A stretch of DNA of 23,480 nucleotides, taken from the NCBI GenBank assembly GCA_037924335.1, contig JAXSMZ010000024.1, positions 1-23,480 on the forward strand. The letters are read 5' to 3'. Source of the DNA: Aquificaceae bacterium. GTDB taxonomy: Bacteria; Aquificota; Aquificia; Aquificales; Aquificaceae. A program made the position numbers and the translations under genes. Under the pieces are notes generated by a model. It was not told where the DNA came from, did not search any database, and was given only the letters and a program-made list of their open reading frames with translations. Positions 9,203 to 18,215 of this stretch are shown here, piece by piece; the first letter of the stretch is position 1; every line of letters starts with the position of its first letter.

Positions 9203-10239
9203 TTCACTCTTACCTTTGTCCCCTGATTGAGAACAGATGCATTTTCAACGGCTATAACATCATCATCCTTCAGATTAGCTTTTACGTATACATAGCCTTC
9301 ACCTTGCTTTAGAACATTTACAGAAACAGGCTCCACTGCATCCTTTATTACCTTCCAAACTACCTTCCTGTTGCCCAAGAGAACCACTGCGTTCTCTGGA
9401 ATTTTAAAGCCTTCTTGAACGGATACTGGTATGCCTACCTTTGCGTACATGTCTGGCCTTAGCTCACCCTTTGAGTTTTCTACGTAAGCCTTTATAGTTA
9501 TCATCCTGCTTTTATCGGCCACTGGTGATAGGAAAAAGACCTTACCCTTGAAGTTTCCAACACCATCCACTTTTACATCCACATAATTTTCTTTTTTAAC
9601 ACTGCTCAAGAGCTCTTGGGGTACTTGGAAGACTACCTTTATGGGGTTTAACGTTACCAGCCTGAAGGTTTGAGATTGGGGAGTGAGGTAATCTCCTATG
9701 TTTACAAACTTTTGAGCCACGTAGCCTGAAAAGGGAGCATACAGGATAGTTCTTCTTAGCTGTAGCTGGGCGTTTTTGAGCATTGCTTCTATGGACCTTA
9801 CTTGCTCTCTGTAAACTTCCATTTGAGTCTTTGCATTTTCCAGCTCTTCTTTTGCTATCAGCTCCTTCTCGTACAGAAACTTTCTCCTTTCGTACACAGA
9901 CCTTTGATTTTCGTAGTTAACGCGTGCCTGCATGAGCTCACTGCTAAGCTGTCTTACAGTATTCTGATAGTCAGAGTCATCAAGCTTTAGAAGGGGCTGT
10001 CCCGCTCTTACATTGTAACCTTCATCCACAAAAAGACTTATCACCCTTCCGCTTACCTCTGGTCTAAGAACCACATCCTTTTCGGCCTCAAAGTAAGCTT
10101 TAGTAGAGTAGAAGACCTCCACAGGCTCTTTTTTTACACGATATGTAGATATATCTACAGCTCTCTCTTGAGGGGCTTGTGTCTGTTTATTGGAGCAACT
10201 AAAAATGAGCAAGCTTAAAAAAAGGATAAATCTCATCAT
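9199..10239 (-). CDS. RND efflux periplasmic adaptor (AcrA/MexH-like lipoprotein)
   Basis: Lipobox LLIFS-C after a hydrophobic stretch, plus RPEVSGRV, APFSGYV and LRPDMYA motifs. Start moved from 10263 to ATG 10239 (or 10236) because the track's first 8 codons lie inside the promoter. Confidence 0.92.
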   Translation of the reverse strand: MMRFILFLSLLIFSCSNKQTQAPQERAVDISTYRVKKEPVEVFYSTKAYFEAEKDVVLRPEVSGRVISLFVDEGYNVRAGQPLLKLDDSDYQNTVRQLSSELMQARVNYENQRSVYERRKFLYEKELIAKEELENAKTQMEVYREQVRSIEAMLKNAQLQLRRTILYAPFSGYVAQKFVNIGDYLTPQSQTFRLVTLNPIKVVFQVPQELLSSVKKENYVDVKVDGVGNFKGKVFFLSPVADKSRMITIKAYVENSKGELRPDMYAKVGIPVSVQEGFKIPENAVVLLGNRKVVWKVIKDAVEPVSVNVLKQGEGYVYVKANLKDDDVIAVENASVLNQGTKVRVK

Positions 10240-10293
10240 GGTACCTATTATAGCATATTGCATATTGACTAGTCAATCAGTTATAATAGACCC
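10240..10293. promoter_or_regulatory. Overlapping divergent sigma70-type promoters
   Basis: Minus strand: TTGACT (10276..10271), 18 nt, then TATAAT (10252..10247) with an extended TG. Plus strand: TTGCAT (10258-10263), 18 nt, then TATAAT (10282-10287). Confidence 0.78.
10264..10277. promoter_or_regulatory. Perfect 14-bp palindrome ATTGACTAGTCAAT, candidate TetR operator
   Basis: Exact inverted repeat seen in the sequence. It covers the -35 of the leftward promoter and the spacer of the rightward promoter, and a TetR gene lies in the leftward operon. Confidence 0.72.
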
Positions 10294-13200
10294 ATGCATA
10301 GATTTTTCATAAGAAGGCCTGTCACAACATGGATGTTCATGTTCTCCTTCATACTGCTCGGTTTTTATGCTTACAGAAACATACCCGTAGATAGACTTCC
10401 AGATGTAGACTTTCCTGTGGTCACTGTAACGACCACATACGCTGGTGCAGACCCTCAGGTTGTGGACACTAACGTAACTAGGAATGTAGAAGATGAGATA
10501 TCTACCATAAGCGGTATAGATTCTGTAGTATCACAGAGCTACGCAGGGCTTTCTAGGGTGATCATAACCTTTGTTTTGGAAAAGAATGTAGACGTTGCTG
10601 CTCAAGAAGTAAGGGATGCAGTTCAAAGAGCCTACAGGAAGATGCCAGTTGGCGTTGACCCACCTGTGGTAAGGAAAGTAGACACAAGCGGAGCACCTAT
10701 CTTAGCCATTCACCTTCACTCAAAAACTGCCGATTACCAAACATTGGCATACTATGCCGATAAGGTGATAAAGAGAGAGTTCGAAAGGATAAACGGTGTT
10801 GGAGAGGTTGGTATTGGTGGCTTCCGTGACAATGTCCTATGGGTAAGGATAGACCCTCAAAAGCTTTACTCTTATGGGCTTACGGCTCAGGATGTGTTGG
10901 AGACTTTGCAAAAAAACCATCTTGATGTACCATCGGGAGCTATCTATGGGAAGGATAAAGAGTACATACTCAGATTTTTTGGAAAAGTTAAGGACCCAAA
11001 GGAGTTGGAGAATGCTTACATAAGCGGAAACGTAAAACTTGGAGATGTAGGAAGGGTAGAGTTTACAGAGGATGAGAAAAGGGGAATGGCAAGGTTTAAG
11101 GGAGAACAGTCTGTTGCGCTCATCATATACAAACAGTCAAAGACAAACACAGTAAAGGTTGCCGATGCGGTCGAAAAGAGGATGAAGGAGCTAAATAAGG
11201 AGCTTCCACCAGGTATACGCATGGACGTGACCTTCGATTCCAGCATATTCCCAAAGGAAAGCCGTACAGCTGCAATAGAGGAGATCATGATAGGTAGCAT
11301 CCTAACAGGATTGGTTGTTTTCCTCTTCTTGGGAAGTCTAAGACTGACCTTTATTCCTTTCTTTGCCATACCTGTAACTCTTCTCAGTGCCATATTCTTC
11401 CTGTACTATACAGGAAACTCTTTAAATACCTTTACTCTGCTGGCTCTTGCCGTGGCTGTTGGTATAGTGATAGATGACGCTGTAGTTGTCCTGGAGAGCA
11501 TATACAGGAGAAGAGAAGAAGGACTTTTAGGGATAGAGGCAGCAGAAAGGGGTACAAGTATAGTCATATTCGCTCTTCTTGCCTCTACATCCTCATTGGT
11601 CATCATATTCTTGCCTATAATATTCCTAAAGGGTGTTATAGGTCAGTTTTTCTCAGGCTTTGCTATCACTTTGGTCGTAGCCATAGCAGTCTCTTACATA
11701 GTTGCCATTAGCTTTACACCTATGGCAAGTGCAAGGATGATAAGGGAAGTTAAAGAAAATCCCTTTATGAGAGCTTACGGAAAGTTTGAGAACTTCTTTG
11801 ACAAAGTTTTAAGATGGTCCCTCGACCATAAGATGATAGTTTTGACCATCTCTTTCCTGAGCGTACTTATCGGTTTGGAGTTTTTAAGATTAACAAAGAG
11901 GGAGTTCTTCCCGATAGTTGACGAAGGGATGATCATAGTAAGGTACGAAACCCCAGTAGGTTCTTCCTTTGAGTTTACTGACAAGAAATCAAGGGAGATT
12001 GAAAGCATACTGCTTAAAAACCCATACATAGATAGGTTCGGTGTCGCCATAGGACAGGGTGTAGCTGGAAGGCCTGATGTAAACGGCGGTATGGCCTTTA
12101 TATTTCTGAAGGATAAATCCTTAAGGCCTCATCAAACTGTCATAATGAACCAACTAAGAGGAGAGATGAGTAAGTTAAAGGATGTGAAAATAAGCGTTGA
12201 GACTTTCCCCATTGTTATGGGCATGGGAAAACAGACGGACCTAACCTACGTTATAAAGGGAACATCTCTGGACGAGCTTTACAGAGTATCCCAGAGAATG
12301 GTAGATGAGTTTAAAGCAGAGGAGGGATATAAGGATGTGGATACAGACATGAGGCTCAACGAGCCGCAGATACAGATAAAGGTAGACAGAGAAAAGTTGG
12401 GAGATCTAGGAATAGATGTACAGAGTGCAGGAATGACCTTGAATATCCTCTTTGGAAAGTTCAAGTTTGGAACCTACGAACTGGGAAGCGAAAGCTACGA
12501 TGCTTACATAAAGGCTGACGAGAGCTTCGTCAAAAACTGGGAAAACTTGAGTAAAGTCTACTTAAGGTCAAAGGACGGTAGCCTAATACCCATTACTCAG
12601 GTGGTCAGCTACAGCATAGCACCTGGCTTTCATAGTATAAACAGGTACAACAGACAGTACTCTTTTACCTTTTATGCAAACCTTTCTGGAAAAGACTTGG
12701 CATCGGCTGTTCAGGATGTAGAAAGTTGGTTAAGAAACCATCTCCCACCGGGCTACAGTTTTGAGCCAGCAGGACAGACAAAGGAGTTCAAAAAAGCCTT
12801 TGGAGGTTTAGCCTTTTCTCTGATAGCAGCCGTAATAGGTGTATATATGGTTCTTGCAAGCCTCTTTGAAAGCTACAGACATCCCTTTACAGTTCTTCTG
12901 ATGCTCCCTTTTGTTCTCTCTGGTACTTTTGGACTCTTATATATTACTGGTACATCTCTAAGCGTGCCATCCTACTTTGGTGTTATACTCCTTGTGGGAA
13001 TAGTAGTAAGGGATGCAGTCCTCTTCATAGAGAGGATCATACAGCTCAAAAAGGAGAAATATCAAACAAGAGAGGCCATCCTGCAAGCAAGGAAGGAAAG
13101 GCTAAGACCCATTCTCATGACAACGCTTACCATAGTCTTTGCTCTTATTCCTGTGTCCCTTGGTCTCACAACAGGCTCAGAGCTAAGAAAACCATTGGCC

Positions 13201-13308
13201 ATAGCCATAATAGGTGGTATAGCCTCAGCCCTTCCTCTTAGCCTTTTAGTTCTTCCGGTAGTTTACGAGCTTTTTGATAGCATAAGGTTAAAGCCCAAGA
13301 AAGTTTGA
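10294..13308 (+). CDS. RND (AcrB/AcrD/AcrF, HAE1-like) efflux permease
   Basis: FIRRPV start, PDVDFPVVTV, TM4 VGIVIDDAVVVLE, TM11 RLRPILMTTLT and RKPLAIAIIGG; 1004 aa. Confidence 0.96.
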   Translation: MHRFFIRRPVTTWMFMFSFILLGFYAYRNIPVDRLPDVDFPVVTVTTTYAGADPQVVDTNVTRNVEDEISTISGIDSVVSQSYAGLSRVIITFVLEKNVDVAAQEVRDAVQRAYRKMPVGVDPPVVRKVDTSGAPILAIHLHSKTADYQTLAYYADKVIKREFERINGVGEVGIGGFRDNVLWVRIDPQKLYSYGLTAQDVLETLQKNHLDVPSGAIYGKDKEYILRFFGKVKDPKELENAYISGNVKLGDVGRVEFTEDEKRGMARFKGEQSVALIIYKQSKTNTVKVADAVEKRMKELNKELPPGIRMDVTFDSSIFPKESRTAAIEEIMIGSILTGLVVFLFLGSLRLTFIPFFAIPVTLLSAIFFLYYTGNSLNTFTLLALAVAVGIVIDDAVVVLESIYRRREEGLLGIEAAERGTSIVIFALLASTSSLVIIFLPIIFLKGVIGQFFSGFAITLVVAIAVSYIVAISFTPMASARMIREVKENPFMRAYGKFENFFDKVLRWSLDHKMIVLTISFLSVLIGLEFLRLTKREFFPIVDEGMIIVRYETPVGSSFEFTDKKSREIESILLKNPYIDRFGVAIGQGVAGRPDVNGGMAFIFLKDKSLRPHQTVIMNQLRGEMSKLKDVKISVETFPIVMGMGKQTDLTYVIKGTSLDELYRVSQRMVDEFKAEEGYKDVDTDMRLNEPQIQIKVDREKLGDLGIDVQSAGMTLNILFGKFKFGTYELGSESYDAYIKADESFVKNWENLSKVYLRSKDGSLIPITQVVSYSIAPGFHSINRYNRQYSFTFYANLSGKDLASAVQDVESWLRNHLPPGYSFEPAGQTKEFKKAFGGLAFSLIAAVIGVYMVLASLFESYRHPFTVLLMLPFVLSGTFGLLYITGTSLSVPSYFGVILLVGIVVRDAVLFIERIIQLKKEKYQTREAILQARKERLRPILMTTLTIVFALIPVSLGLTTGSELRKPLAIAIIGGIASALPLSLLVLPVVYELFDSIRLKPKKV

Positions 13309-13345
13309 TAATGTGAGCTCAACTTGTGTTAAATAATTTAATGCT

Positions 13346-16300
13346 ATGATAAAAAGTCTTTTCTTGGAGCTTTGTCCTAACTGCGGAGGAAACATAGATG
13401 CAGAAAGGCTCAGCAAAGGTCTACCCTGCGAAAGATGTATGCCCTTTGAAAAGGGACATGTATGCGATGTGCTAAAAGAAGGTGAGATAAAAAGACTCTG
13501 TGAAATTGAAGATAAAGTAAGAGAGTGGGAGAAGACCTTTGAAAGGTACATAAAGTCAAGACCTTGGAGTTTGCAATCTCTTTGGGCGAAGAGAGCTATC
13601 CTCGGTAATTCCTTTGCCCTTTTGGCTCCAACTGGAGTAGGGAAAACATCCTTTGGATTGAGCTTTGCTCTCTATATGGCGAAAAGGAGAAAAAAGTCTT
13701 ACCTTATCCTGCCTACAAAGCTCCTCGTGGACCAGACCTCAAGAAAGCTAAAAAGCCTAGGAGTTGAGGAAAGAGACATTCTCGTTTTTGACAAGGAGAG
13801 CAAAAAGAGAAAGGAAGAAAAGAAGAAAAGGCTCAAAGATGGGAAGTTCCTCATACTTGTTTCTACTTCCATGTTCTTCTACAAAAATATTGAAATAATG
13901 CCGAAGGATATATCCTTTTTGTTTGTGGACGATGTAGACTCCTTTTTAAAAACAGCAAAGAACATAGATAAGGCTCTTTATCTTCTTGGTTTTTCAGAGG
14001 ATGATGTGCAGAAGGCTATGAAGCTGATAAGGCTTAAGGAGAAGTTCAAAAAATTAGAAGAGGACTGGAAAGATATAGAAGAGTTATCTAAGGAAGTAAG
14101 CGAGATTTCAAAGAAAGCAAAGGGTGTTCTTGTTGTTTCCTCAGCCACATCCAACCCAAGGTCAAGCAGGATAAAGCTTTTCAGGGAATTCTTAGGCTTT
14201 GAGGTTGGGACACCAACCTTCTATCTGAGGAATATAAAAGACCTATACTCTAACTTTCAAGAGGGGTCTTTAGGGAGTTGGGTCAGAAGGTTAGGTAAAG
14301 GTGGCCTTATCTTTCTCCCCTCCGATATGGGAAAGGAGAAGGTCAATGAGGTCATAAAAGAGTTAGAAAGAGGGGGTATAAAGGCTGTTTCTTACGAGGA
14401 CTTGGGCGAAGAGAACCTGAGGCTCTACGAAAAGGGTAAGATAGACGTCCTAGTTGGAATAGCATCTTACAAAAACCCTTTGGCAAGAGGTTTAGACCTT
14501 CCTCATGTGGTGAGGTATGCCCTTTTCTACGGTGTTCCCAAGATGGTCATATCCTTGGAGTTTGAAAAGAACCTTTCACATCTTCTTTGGGCTTTAACAT
14601 CCATAAGACCTCACATAGCCAAAAGGCTCAGCGAAAGCATAAAAAAGGTAGACCAGTGGATAACAAAGCTCAGAAGCTACCAGTATCTGAGCGAGGATTA
14701 CCTAAAGGAGAGGCCAGAGCTTGAAAGGAAGATAGGAGAGCTAAGGAAGGAGATAGAGGACTTTTTGACAAGTCAAGAGGTCTTGGAGATACTAAAGCTG
14801 TCCGATGAGATAACCCTCAGGTATGAAGAGGGAGAGCATTACCTTGTTGTCTCAGATGCTACTGGATATTTGCAGGCAAGCGGTAGGACTTCAAGGATGT
14901 ATGCTGGGGGCATAACGGAAGGTCTCTGTATAACGTTGGTGGATGACCAAAGGGCTTTTAAACACCTTCAGAGGAGGGTAAGATGGTGGAGCGATGAGAT
15001 AAGTTTTATTCCCATGGATAACATATCCTTAGATGAGGTTTTGCAGAGGATAGACCAAGACAGGGCAAAAGTGAGGAGATTCCTAAAGGGTGACGTACCA
15101 GCTCAAAACCAAGAAGTTCTAAAGCCTGTTCTCATAGTAGTAGAATCCCCCAACAAGGCAAGGACTATTGCCAACTTCTTTGGGAAAGCTATAAGGCGTA
15201 GGGTGGGAAACCATGAAGTCCTTGAAACATCCGTAGAAGACAGATACCTTATGATAACTTCTTCCTTTGGTCATGTTCTGGACCTTGCCAAGGATGTGGG
15301 CTTTCATGGTGTTTATATAAACGATTCATTAGTTCCGGCTTACGCCGTCATAGAAGGTAAGAGGGAGATAGTAGACAGTCTTAGGAAGCTTGCCTCCGAA
15401 GCTTCTGAAATCCTCATAGCAACAGACCCAGACACGGAGGGAGAAAAGATAGGATGGGACCTTATGGAGCTCTTAAAGCCATATACCAAGAACATAAGAA
15501 GGATGGAGTTTCATGAAGTTACAAAAAAGGCCATAATAAAAGCTTTAAAAGAACCAAGGGATTTTAACATAAACCTCGTTAAATCCCAGATAGTTAGGAG
15601 AGTATCCGATAGATGGGTAGGCTTTGAATTTTCAAGGTCTTTGCAGCAAGCTTTCTCCAAAAACTGGCTTTCAGCCGGCAGGGTACAAACTCCTGTACTT
15701 GGTTGGATAGTAAATAGGGAAAAAGAATACAGAAGGAAGGTTTACAAGGTTTTTGCAAGCGCGAGAGAAGGGGAGAAGAGTTTACGCTTTGAGTTTAGCT
15801 TTGAAGACAAAAAGTCAGCCCAAGAGTTCTACCAAAATCTCCATGAGATAAGGATAAAGTTGATTAACGTAAGGGAGGAGACAAAAAACCCACCACCACC
15901 TTACAGCACTGATACGCTTTTAAAGGATGCCAACTCCAAGCATAGGTTTTCTGTCCCAAAGACCATGCAGCTTGCCCAAACGCTCTTTGAACTTGGCTTT
16001 ATAACCTACCATAGAACTGACTCTGTAAGGGTTTCAGACTTTGGAATAAACTTGGCGAAGGAATACATAAGGGAGGAGCTGGGCGAGGAATACCTTACTC
16101 CAAGGACTTGGCAAGAGGGGGGAACTCATGAGTGTATAAGACCTACAAAGGTCATGGAGGCTGAGGAGCTACGCTCCATGATGCTAAGCGGTCAGCTGGA
16201 AGGTATAAACAAAGAGCATGTGATGCTGTACGACCTTGTTTTCAAAAGGTTCATGGCAAGTCAAACAAGACAAGTGAGATTAAAGGTTGCAGATGTTCTA

Positions 16301-16774
16301 ATAGAGGCTTTGGATAGAGAGCTAAAGCTAACCCTCACCACTCAGATAGTAGAAGATGGTTGGAACAGACTTCTTCCTATTGAACTACAACCTTTTATGG
16401 AAGGAACTTTTAAGGTACATGCGGAAATAAAAGAGCTTCCAAAAGCCTTTCTATATACGCAGGGAGATATCATTCACGAGATGAAGGCAAAGGGGATAGG
16501 AAGACCGTCCACCTATGCCTCCACCATAGAGAAGCTTCTCAATAGGGGCTATGTGATAGAAGTAAAGGGTTTTCTAATACCAACTAAGCTTGGAAAAGAA
16601 GCTTACATGTACATGAGCAGTAGGGAAGATATGAAATCCTTTGTTTCAGAAGAGTTTACAAGGCATTTGGAGTACCTCATGGACATGGTTGAGGAGGGAA
16701 AGGTAGACTATGAGAATATACTTAAGGATTTATACAATAGTATAATATCCTTGGAATCTCTATTGGAGGTGTAA
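13346..16774 (+). CDS. rgy: Reverse gyrase (SF2 helicase-like domain fused to type IA topoisomerase)
   Basis: N-terminal CPNC...CERC Zn finger, Walker A APTGVGKT, DDVD, SAT, RGLDLP, QASGRTSR, Toprim VESPNKA and ATDPDTEGE, SAGRVQ, catalytic ITYHRTDS and GIGRPSTY. Confidence 0.98.
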   Translation: MIKSLFLELCPNCGGNIDAERLSKGLPCERCMPFEKGHVCDVLKEGEIKRLCEIEDKVREWEKTFERYIKSRPWSLQSLWAKRAILGNSFALLAPTGVGKTSFGLSFALYMAKRRKKSYLILPTKLLVDQTSRKLKSLGVEERDILVFDKESKKRKEEKKKRLKDGKFLILVSTSMFFYKNIEIMPKDISFLFVDDVDSFLKTAKNIDKALYLLGFSEDDVQKAMKLIRLKEKFKKLEEDWKDIEELSKEVSEISKKAKGVLVVSSATSNPRSSRIKLFREFLGFEVGTPTFYLRNIKDLYSNFQEGSLGSWVRRLGKGGLIFLPSDMGKEKVNEVIKELERGGIKAVSYEDLGEENLRLYEKGKIDVLVGIASYKNPLARGLDLPHVVRYALFYGVPKMVISLEFEKNLSHLLWALTSIRPHIAKRLSESIKKVDQWITKLRSYQYLSEDYLKERPELERKIGELRKEIEDFLTSQEVLEILKLSDEITLRYEEGEHYLVVSDATGYLQASGRTSRMYAGGITEGLCITLVDDQRAFKHLQRRVRWWSDEISFIPMDNISLDEVLQRIDQDRAKVRRFLKGDVPAQNQEVLKPVLIVVESPNKARTIANFFGKAIRRRVGNHEVLETSVEDRYLMITSSFGHVLDLAKDVGFHGVYINDSLVPAYAVIEGKREIVDSLRKLASEASEILIATDPDTEGEKIGWDLMELLKPYTKNIRRMEFHEVTKKAIIKALKEPRDFNINLVKSQIVRRVSDRWVGFEFSRSLQQAFSKNWLSAGRVQTPVLGWIVNREKEYRRKVYKVFASAREGEKSLRFEFSFEDKKSAQEFYQNLHEIRIKLINVREETKNPPPPYSTDTLLKDANSKHRFSVPKTMQLAQTLFELGFITYHRTDSVRVSDFGINLAKEYIREELGEEYLTPRTWQEGGTHECIRPTKVMEAEELRSMMLSGQLEGINKEHVMLYDLVFKRFMASQTRQVRLKVADVLIEALDRELKLTLTTQIVEDGWNRLLPIELQPFMEGTFKVHAEIKELPKAFLYTQGDIIHEMKAKGIGRPSTYASTIEKLLNRGYVIEVKGFLIPTKLGKEAYMYMSSREDMKSFVSEEFTRHLEYLMDMVEEGKVDYENILKDLYNSIISLESLLEV

Positions 16775-16775
16775 G

Positions 16776-17177
16776 ATGCTGATCCACCCATTGTTTGCTT
16801 ACACTACATTGGTTGTGGCGCTGGTCGTTTTCCTGCTCTATCTGCTTAACTTTACCCTACTCAAAAATGCATCAGTTTTTAGATACACTATCATGCTTCA
16901 TGGTCTTCTGATAGTCCTTTCAATCTCTGCAGTGCTTGCAGGCTTTGCTGTGTCAAAGGTTCCCCTTGTTCAGTCTAAGATACCTTTCCTATGGGGATTT
17001 CCACATAAATGGAACGGCGTGCTCTTATTCCTTTACGCTTTAATCTCCTTTATCTTTATCTGGTTCAAGGGGAAGGACATGGGAAGAAAGGGGGTCATCA
17101 TAAGCCTTATAGGTTTGCTTCTTGTTATTTTCCAGCTTATAACTGGATGGATGCTGAGACTCGTATTCTTTGCATGA
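16776..17177 (+). CDS. Hypothetical 4-TM membrane protein with three histidines
   Basis: 133 aa with four hydrophobic helices. SD GGAGGT lies inside the rgy 3' end and the ATG is 1 nt after the rgy stop. No family confidently recognised. Confidence 0.8.
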   Translation: MLIHPLFAYTTLVVALVVFLLYLLNFTLLKNASVFRYTIMLHGLLIVLSISAVLAGFAVSKVPLVQSKIPFLWGFPHKWNGVLLFLYALISFIFIWFKGKDMGRKGVIISLIGLLLVIFQLITGWMLRLVFFA

Positions 17178-17183
17178 TATAAT
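17175..17183 (+). promoter_or_regulatory. Extended -10 element (TGATATAAT) for nuoH
   Basis: TG-n-TATAAT at 17175-17183, 7 nt before ATG 17191, with no SD in between. Confidence 0.65.
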
Positions 17184-17190
17184 AGTGAGC

Positions 17191-18198
17191 ATGGAGCTGG
17201 CTGTTCAGTTTTTTATAACCCTTCTTAAAGTAGTTTTTCTTTTGGGTGTTCTTCTGGGCATTGGAGCTTATCTGACATGGTTTGAGAGAAAGCTGGCTGG
17301 GCATATACAGGCAAGGATGGGACCCAAGCTCGTTGGACCTTTTGGACTTTTACAACCCCTCGCAGATGGTATAAAACTCCTCACTAAAGAATCCATAATA
17401 CCAAAGTACGCAGATAGAGCCATTTACTACTTGGCCATAGTCCTATCTCTCACACCTACACTCCTACTTTTTTCCGTTGTCCCCATAGGTCCTAGCTTTT
17501 GGGTCTTTGGTTATGAGATAAAACCCTTGGTTGCCGATATAAACATAGCCGTTCTTTTTATATTTGCAATGGGTTCGCTCGCAGTTTACGGCACCATCTT
17601 CTCAGGTTGGGCATCCAACTCCAAGTATGCCTTTATAGGCTCCCTAAGAAAGGCGGCCGTTATGATAGCCTATGAGGTTGTCCTTGGTTTTTCAGTCTTG
17701 GGTGTGATACTCCTTGCAGGAACTATGAGCACCACAGGAATAGTAGAAGCACAGATGAGGGATGGGGTATGGTACATAGTCTACCAGCCAGTTGCCTTTG
17801 TGCTCTTTCTCTTCTGCATGCTTGCAGAGTCTGGGAGAGTTCCCTTTGACATACAGGAGGCAGAGGCTGAGCTGGTAACAGGCTACAACATAGAGTATGG
17901 AGGTATGAGGTTTGGGATATTCCCCTTGGCAGAATGGTATCTGAACGTGATAGGTCTTTCTGCCCTTGCTGTGATCCTCTTCTTTGGTGGATGGTCTGGA
18001 CCGCATATCTTTGGACCTTTTTCTCCATACTTGTGGTTTCTTGTGAAGGTCTTTGCCCTTGTCTTCTTTGTTCTGTGGCTCCATTGGACGCTCCCAAGGT
18101 TTCAGGCAAGAGATATAACCGAAATAGCATGGAAGATACTGCTTCCCTTATCTCTTCTTAACTTAGTTTTAACTGCTGTTGTTGTATACCTCTTATAA
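17191..18198 (+). CDS. nuoH: NADH-quinone oxidoreductase subunit H (stand-alone paralogue)
   Basis: Motifs ERKLAGHIQARMGP, QPLADGIKLLTKE, GWASNSKYAFIGSLR, AESGRVPFDIQEAEAELVTGYNIEYGG and TLPRFQ. Start taken at ATG 17191 rather than the track's TTG 17170. Confidence 0.95.
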   Translation: MELAVQFFITLLKVVFLLGVLLGIGAYLTWFERKLAGHIQARMGPKLVGPFGLLQPLADGIKLLTKESIIPKYADRAIYYLAIVLSLTPTLLLFSVVPIGPSFWVFGYEIKPLVADINIAVLFIFAMGSLAVYGTIFSGWASNSKYAFIGSLRKAAVMIAYEVVLGFSVLGVILLAGTMSTTGIVEAQMRDGVWYIVYQPVAFVLFLFCMLAESGRVPFDIQEAEAELVTGYNIEYGGMRFGIFPLAEWYLNVIGLSALAVILFFGGWSGPHIFGPFSPYLWFLVKVFALVFFVLWLHWTLPRFQARDITEIAWKILLPLSLLNLVLTAVVVYLL

Positions 18199-18215
18199 GC
18201 TTATATTAAAAAGGT

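Noticed and set aside
10240..10263. ORF-track N-terminal extension MQYAIIGT on the RND adaptor (similarly 3573 for the second EmrB and 17170 for nuoH)
   Set aside because: These extensions run through promoter elements or upstream genes; the downstream ATGs give proper signal peptide or TM starts.
10254..10267. Match between the predicted guide start (CATATT) and the efflux promoter repeat CATATTG
   Set aside because: Only 6 nt match, which is expected by chance in AT-rich DNA. I saw no longer guide target in the window, by eye only.
10265..10276. TTGA...TCAA as an FNR/CRP-family box
   Set aside because: Half-site spacing is 2 bp shorter than TTGAT-N4-ATCAA; a TetR operator fits the context better.
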